64,000 nt of DNA from Bacteroidales bacterium UBA1715 (GTDB lineage Bacteria > Bacteroidota > Bacteroidia > Bacteroidales > UBA1715): assembly GCA_002317135.1 (NCBI GenBank), contig DCIX01000010.1, forward strand, positions 1,637 through 65,636. Direction: 5' to 3'. Below the pieces are notes generated by a model that was given only the letters and a program-made list of their open reading frames with translations, did no database searches and was not told where the DNA came from. Below, piece after piece: positions 57,933 through 64,000 of the stretch. The translations under genes were made by a program, and so were the position numbers. Every line of letters begins with the position of its first letter. The stretch's first letter is position 1.

Positions 57933-59051
57933 ATGAAACGAATTGCGATTTTAGGAGCAATCATTTCATTGTTTTTTTCGTGTGCAAATTCCTCTGTAGA
58001 GACGAAACACAATTCGTCTCTACAAGGCAAAAATGTCTTTAAGTACGCTCAAAATATTTATTCTCGTCCGGGAAGTGATTCCGTTATTGTTTATTGTAAC
58101 TGGGGAGATTCACGAGATAGCATAATTTATTGCTTACATTCTGCAAGAGAAACGAATCACGCGTCGTTTTTACAAAATATAGCAACGCCAAGTCAATCAA
58201 TTGCAACGCTTTCCACTACCGACATTGCAATGTTGGCAGAAATAGGGGAAATCAATCGTGTTTCTGGCGTTTGTGATCCTTTTCGAATCTCGAATGAGCA
58301 AGTTCGTAAACGAGTTTCCGAAGGAAAGATAGCCAATGTTGGCAGTAGTATGGAGGTGAATTTGGAAGCACTTGTTGCACTTCAACCAGATCTTGTAATC
58401 AGTTCTGCATATAGTAAGGCAGACTTACAAAAATATCAGACTATTTCAAAGATTCCCGTGGTTTTCACTATGAGTTGGCAGGAAAATTCACCATTGGCTC
58501 GAGTTGAATGGATAAAGTTCATTGGTATGCTCGTTGGTGAATACCAAAAAGCTGACAGTGTTTTTTGTGAAATTGAGAGAAGATACCTTGCCGCTAAATC
58601 ATTGGCAGAGAATGTTGCAAAAAGACCAAAAGTTCTTGCGGGCGCGGCTGCGAACGATATTTGGTATATGCCTGGTGGTCAAAGTTATGTTGCTGCATTT
58701 ATTGCCGATGCCGGAGGTGATTTCGTTGGCAAAGACGATAATCATACTGGAAGTGTAGTTGTTAATTTCGAACAAGTCCTTGCTACAACACAAGATGTTG
58801 ATTTATGGATAGGCTGTGATGAAAAAACAGTGGCAGATTTAGAAGGTAACAATAAAAATTATGCTCTGCTTTCTGTCTTTAAGACAAGACAGATTTATCA
58901 TAGAGGGAAACGTTGTAATTCCGATGGCGGAAATGATTATTGGGAATACGGATATGTTCGTCCAGATTTGGTGTTACAAGACTATATCTGGGCAATTCAT
59001 CCAGAATTGCTTCCTGAATATGAAACTGTTTTTTTTGAAAGGATACAATAA
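57933..59051 (+). CDS. ABC-type periplasmic binding lipoprotein (Fe-siderophore/cobalamin class, Peripla_BP_2-like)
   Basis: Lipobox LFFSC, with IATLSTTDIAMLAEIG... and LVALQPDLVISS, which are typical of cluster A-II binding proteins. No adjacent permease or ATPase. Confidence 0.7.
   Translation: MKRIAILGAIISLFFSCANSSVETKHNSSLQGKNVFKYAQNIYSRPGSDSVIVYCNWGDSRDSIIYCLHSARETNHASFLQNIATPSQSIATLSTTDIAMLAEIGEINRVSGVCDPFRISNEQVRKRVSEGKIANVGSSMEVNLEALVALQPDLVISSAYSKADLQKYQTISKIPVVFTMSWQENSPLARVEWIKFIGMLVGEYQKADSVFCEIERRYLAAKSLAENVAKRPKVLAGAAANDIWYMPGGQSYVAAFIADAGGDFVGKDDNHTGSVVVNFEQVLATTQDVDLWIGCDEKTVADLEGNNKNYALLSVFKTRQIYHRGKRCNSDGGNDYWEYGYVRPDLVLQDYIWAIHPELLPEYETVFFERIQ
57995..58024. repeat. Hairpin TGTAGAGACGAA-ACACAA-TTCGTCTCTACA (12-bp perfect stem) inside the binding-protein CDS
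   Basis: Read directly. The arms share GTAGAGACG / CGTCTCTAC with the intergenic palindromic elements. It encodes SVETKHNSSLQ just after the lipobox Cys. Confidence 0.8.
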
Positions 59052-59105
59052 AGTTTGTATTGGTGGTTAATTTGAGTATATTTGTGCAAACAAATACCAA
59101 AAATC

Positions 59106-59270
59106 ATGGCCAAACCAATTAGAAACACACCTGTTCTTTATGGAGATGATGCAACAACTTTCATAAAGAATGCAGAAAAACAACGAAATGAACAGCAGTG
59201 TTTGCTAGAAAGAGAGCGTATTGCTCAAAATGTTAAGAAACTTCAGGGGCTGTTACATAATTTGAAATAA
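59106..59270 (+). CDS. Small putative antitoxin of the GNAT toxin
   Basis: 54 aa from ATG 59106 (the ORF-track TTG at 59082 is less likely). The stop overlaps the toxin start (TAATG). No RHH/DUF1778 pattern was recognised. Confidence 0.5.
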   Translation: MAKPIRNTPVLYGDDATTFIKNAEKQRNEQQCLLERERIAQNVKKLQGLLHNLK

Positions 59271-59812
59271 TGGAATCTATGCCTTTTAAAAGATTGACAG
59301 AAGGACACTCTTTCTGTCAATTTGATTGTGGGGATTCTGATTTGAATTCTTTTCTTCTTGATGATGCAATTAATTATCAAAAACAGCTTTTGTCAGTTAC
59401 GTATTATGTTGATACAGCTGATAAAACAGTTTTGTTTTTTAGTTTGTCTAATGATAAAATCACAGCTGTAGAAAATAGTAATGGTTTTTGGAGAAAAATA
59501 AAATTATTATTTCCACACTCAAAACATCGAAAGGATTATCCTGCTGTTAAAATTGGAAGATTTGCAGTACATAAAGATTTTCAACACACCAATGTGCATT
59601 GGGGTACAATGGTATTAGATTTCATTAAACAGTGGATGATAGAAAGTAATAAAACAGGTTGTCGATTTATTACTGTTGACGCATATGCATCGGCGGTTCC
59701 ATTTTATCTAAAAAATGGTTTTATTTTTATGGGTACTCAAGAAAAACTCCGTTATGAAAAAGGAGATAATGAAATTATTGCGATGTACTATGATTTAATG
59801 AAATTACAATAA
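59270..59812 (+). CDS. GNAT-family acetyltransferase, TacT/AtaT-like toxin candidate
   Basis: 180 aa. FDCGDSDLNSFLLDDA N-terminal motif, YPAVKIGRFAVHKDFQ, and ...ITVDAYASAVPFYLKNGF acetyl-CoA region. Translationally coupled to a small upstream ORF. Confidence 0.6.
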   Translation: MESMPFKRLTEGHSFCQFDCGDSDLNSFLLDDAINYQKQLLSVTYYVDTADKTVLFFSLSNDKITAVENSNGFWRKIKLLFPHSKHRKDYPAVKIGRFAVHKDFQHTNVHWGTMVLDFIKQWMIESNKTGCRFITVDAYASAVPFYLKNGFIFMGTQEKLRYEKGDNEIIAMYYDLMKLQ

Positions 59813-59841
59813 AAAAACCTAGTCAAATGACTAGGTTTTCT
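59811..59841. terminator. Bidirectional rho-independent terminator (GNAT gene / groEL)
   Basis: A7-CCTAGTCAAATGACTAGG-TTTTC. The stem CCTAGTC/GACTAGG has an A-run on one side and a T-run on the other, and it lies between convergent genes. Confidence 0.75.
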
Positions 59842-59862
59842 ATTTGAATGTCGGAATTGATA

Positions 59863-61512
<1,650 letters not shown>

Positions 61513-61519
61513 TTAGATA

Positions 61520-61798
61520 TTACAATATTAAAAGGATGTCTGATTGAGAAAGAAGAAGGTATTTTTCGCCTTCGAATGTTAGTTCAGTACCTGCATATTT
61601 ACCGTACAAAACACTGTCGCCAACAGCAACTTCCATTTCTTCGTCTTTTTTAGCTTTACCAACAGCGATAACCTTACCTTGAAGAGGTTTTTCTTTTGCT
61701 GAATCTGGAAGGATGATTCCTGAAACAGTTTTTTCTTCTGCGGCTTCTGGTTTTACTAAAACCTTGCCTGCAAGTGGTTTACCTTTAAAATCTGCCAT
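61520..61798 (-). CDS. groES: Co-chaperonin GroES
   Basis: 92 aa. PLAGKVLVKP...SGIILPDSAKEKP mobile-loop pattern. Confidence 0.95.
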   Translation of the reverse strand: MADFKGKPLAGKVLVKPEAAEEKTVSGIILPDSAKEKPLQGKVIAVGKAKKDEEMEVAVGDSVLYGKYAGTELTFEGEKYLLLSQSDILLIL

Positions 61799-61932
61799 AA
61801 TATGTAATTTTTATGTTTAACAATAAAATTTGTCTTTTGTATGTCATATTTTGTGCCAAGAAGTGAAAAGAGTTTTTTTGGCAGAAAAACAATTATCTTG
61901 ATTGTCATTATGACATACTTTCATATAGTAAA

Positions 61933-62547
61933 CTATTCTTTCTTTGTCGGTATTATAAATCCAACAGGTTTCCTATCTATATTGCATTTATTGAATGTTT
62001 GTACTTTCAAACTTAATTCAGTTAAAGAATCAGTGATAGCATCAATTTGTCCTTGAATAAGTTCGTTTGTGTCATTTTGATCTCGTAAAATATCTTCAAT
62101 ATAATCTTTCTGTTTATCCATTTCTAACTTTAAATTATGATATTGCATAGAGTCTAACGCCATTTTGTGAATTTGTTCACGCATAGCAACAAATGCTCTC
62201 ATTATGTTGATATTTACTTGAATAGCAATAGGAGAACGAAGGACGCTACTTAGCATTGCAACACCTAACTCTGTAAAAGCGTAGGGCATATATTTTAGAT
62301 GTTTTCCTTGCTCTGTTTTTAAGGTCGCAAATTGCGACCTTAAACATTCTTCTTTAGTTAATTGGAACATAAAATCTTCGGGGAAACGCTCTTTGTTCCT
62401 TCGAACTTGTTCGTTGATTCGTTTTACCTCTACACCATAAAGTACGGCTAGATCTCTATCAAGTATAACATACTTCCCTCGGAATTCATAAATCTTACCT
62501 TGTACGGTGGTTATACAATCCACCATAGTTGATTGTGTTTCTTTCAT
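61933..62547 (-). CDS. ORF6N (KilA-N-related) DNA-binding domain protein with a C-terminal coiled coil
   Basis: [49 protein letters not shown] is the ORF6N signature. Start taken at CAT 62545-62547, because the upstream extension crosses the secG terminator. Confidence 0.8.
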   Translation of the reverse strand: MKETQSTMVDCITTVQGKIYEFRGKYVILDRDLAVLYGVEVKRINEQVRRNKERFPEDFMFQLTKEECLRSQFATLKTEQGKHLKYMPYAFTELGVAMLSSVLRSPIAIQVNINIMRAFVAMREQIHKMALDSMQYHNLKLEMDKQKDYIEDILRDQNDTNELIQGQIDAITDSLTELSLKVQTFNKCNIDRKPVGFIIPTKKE

Positions 62548-62592
62548 AGATATTTGCGTTAATTGGTTAATACGCAAATATACAGTATTTAT

Positions 62593-62625
62593 AAAAAAAA
62601 GTGTCAATATATGACATATTGACAC
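62593..62625 (-). terminator. Rho-independent terminator of secG
   Basis: GTGTCAATAT-ATGAC-ATATTGACAC (10-bp perfect stem) preceded on the plus strand by A8, which is a T-run after the hairpin on the minus strand. Confidence 0.8.
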
Positions 62626-62661
62626 TCTAACCATAAAAACTTAAAACTTATGAGAACAAAA

Positions 62662-62970
62662 TTACTTTTGTAAATCTTCAGCAGTTGGTACATCTGAAGG
62701 GATGTTCATTTGTACTGCTGGTGCATTTTCTTCGAATAAAGAGTGAGATTCTTGTGCAACATTTTTTGGTAGCAATGCTGACAACACGATGCATAATACA
62801 ACAAGTGCTCCAGCTAATGACCAAGTTGCTTTTTCAACAAAATCAGTTGTGCGGGCAACACCCATTTCATAGCGAGATGACATGATACCGCCACCTTTTG
62901 AGTTTTGGATTAACACTACACAAACTAATAATACACTTACAATTATTAATAATACATTAACGATTACCAT
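62662..62970 (-). CDS. secG: Preprotein translocase subunit SecG
   Basis: 102 aa with two TM helices, LIQNSKGGG between them. Confidence 0.85.
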   Translation of the reverse strand: MVIVNVLLIIVSVLLVCVVLIQNSKGGGIMSSRYEMGVARTTDFVEKATWSLAGALVVLCIVLSALLPKNVAQESHSLFEENAPAVQMNIPSDVPTAEDLQK

Positions 62971-62984
62971 AGTATTTTTCTTTT

Positions 62985-64000
62985 TTAATGCTTAATTTCC
63001 TTAATTCGGTTTGCAAAGTAAACACTTTTTTGTGGATATTTCAAACTTAATTGCTCATATATCTTTATTGCTTTGCCAAAAAGTTTTTGCTTTTCATAAA
63101 CCTTAGCCATTGCTTCGGTCACAAATTCTATTTCTGCTTCGCCTGCTTGCAAGAATTTCTTTTGCTTTTCGATATCGAATTTTTCTTCGTTATCGTCGAT
63201 TGCTTCTGTCTTTAGAGGTGTGCGATAGTTTGAATTGATAAATGTATTTATGATATCCTGTGAATGGCTATCTTCTTTGTGCTGCGAACTTTCGTACCAA
63301 TCGTGAACTTCTTGAACTTCAGGTTCTTCTATGGCTTGCTCCTCTATTGTTGGTTCTTCAATTTGAATCTCAAAAGTGAGTTCTGGTTGCTCTTCAGACT
63401 GAGTTTCAATTTTTTGTTGAGGTTCTTCTTGTTGTACTGTTTCTTCAATTTCGAATGAGATAGGTTCTTCCGAAAATTCAACTAAAGATTCTTCTGTTTC
63501 TTCTATATTGTTCTCTATTATAGTGTTTGTAGGCTCAGATATTTCTTCAGAAAAATCTGTGACAGAAAAACTTAAAACATTTTCCTCTTCTTGAACAGGC
63601 TCAGTTTCGACTTCGTTGTTTGTCGTTTCTGTATGCTGTTCTTCTATAATAGGAATTTCAACGGCATCCGTTTTTTGAACTTCTTCTTCCGTTGCTTCAA
63701 AAACAGGTTCTTTTGCAATCGTTTGTTCTTCTGTTATTGTTTCGACAGCTTCTTTTACAGTTTCTGTAACTTGCTCTGTAACATCTTCCTTCTCTGTTTG
63801 TGGAGCGATGGATTCTTGAACCGGTTGCTCTTGTGCCTTCATTTCGCGGTATTTGCGAAGGATTTGATCTGCAAGAGATTCAACAACAGGTTCTGTTTTA
63901 CTAACAACTTCTTCTGTTTCTGTAACTTGTTCAGTTTTATCTTCTTGAATGACTTCTTCAATAGTCTCTTGAATAGTCTCTTCAATAACAGGCGTTTCTT
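62985..64000 (-). CDS. Highly acidic E/T/Q/I-rich low-complexity protein with a C-terminal TPR-like helix pair (5' end outside the window)
   Basis: My translation shows the frame stays open from 63842 to position 64000. The C-terminus is AMAKVYEKQKLFGKAIKIYEQLSLKYPQKSVYFANRIKEIK. Confidence 0.6.
   Translation of the reverse strand, partial: ETPVIEETIQETIEEVIQEDKTEQVTETEEVVSKTEPVVESLADQILRKYREMKAQEQPVQESIAPQTEKEDVTEQVTETVKEAVETITEEQTIAKEPVFEATEEEVQKTDAVEIPIIEEQHTETTNNEVETEPVQEEENVLSFSVTDFSEEISEPTNTIIENNIEETEESLVEFSEEPISFEIEETVQQEEPQQKIETQSEEQPELTFEIQIEEPTIEEQAIEEPEVQEVHDWYESSQHKEDSHSQDIINTFINSNYRTPLKTEAIDDNEEKFDIEKQKKFLQAGEAEIEFVTEAMAKVYEKQKLFGKAIKIYEQLSLKYPQKSVYFANRIKEIKH

Noticed and set aside
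61799-61932. CIRCE heat-shock operator upstream of groES.
   Set aside because: No match to TTAGCACTC-N9-GAGTGCTAA on either strand. I also could not find a convincing TAnnTTTG box, so the groES promoter is left unannotated.

Overview
This window is a densely packed chromosomal segment of a low-GC, Bacteroidota-type genome. That assignment is an inference from gldD, porQ, a cargo protein with a T9SS C-terminal sorting domain, and TAnnTTTG -7 promoter boxes. I can support about 65 protein-coding genes. I recognised no rRNA, tRNA, CRISPR array, transposase or integrase.

Most of the window is housekeeping: folD, ffh, galE, ssb, the elongasome block rodA-mrdA-mreD-mreC-mreB with purH, rseP-dxr, lolD, mltG, sufS, ldcA, hemW, dut, ybeY-mnmG, tsaC, cmk-ispH, pyrE, asnB, ribE, comF, pyrF, perR-rbr-reverse rbr, groES-groEL and secG.

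The accessory or unusual content is:
1. A HinP1I/HhaI-type (GCGC) Type II R-M cassette sits between ffh and folD with no room for its own promoter.
2. An uncharacterised HARE-HTH plus PD-(D/E)xK nuclease gene is embedded in the conserved dut...envC cluster.
3. A GNAT-toxin/small-antitoxin pair lies next to groEL.
4. An ORF6N gene between groES and secG is bracketed by TATGACATA motifs.
5. A strongly insulated T9SS cargo gene contains an internal domain duplication.
6. Two families of dispersed intergenic elements are present. One is a composite heptamer-array plus AATGNTTAA plus GC-hairpin element; in two copies it ends in a TATCTTTG -7 box just upstream of a gene start. The other is a GTAGAGACG...CGTCTYTAC hairpin family, with one copy in frame inside a lipoprotein gene.
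7. In two genes (hemW, comF) the conserved N-terminal Cys motifs lie upstream of any canonical start codon.

No multi-gene system that is clearly new was found. The repeat families and the HARE-nuclease gene are the best candidates for follow-up. All product calls come from reading the translations and from recalled family motifs, not from database searches.
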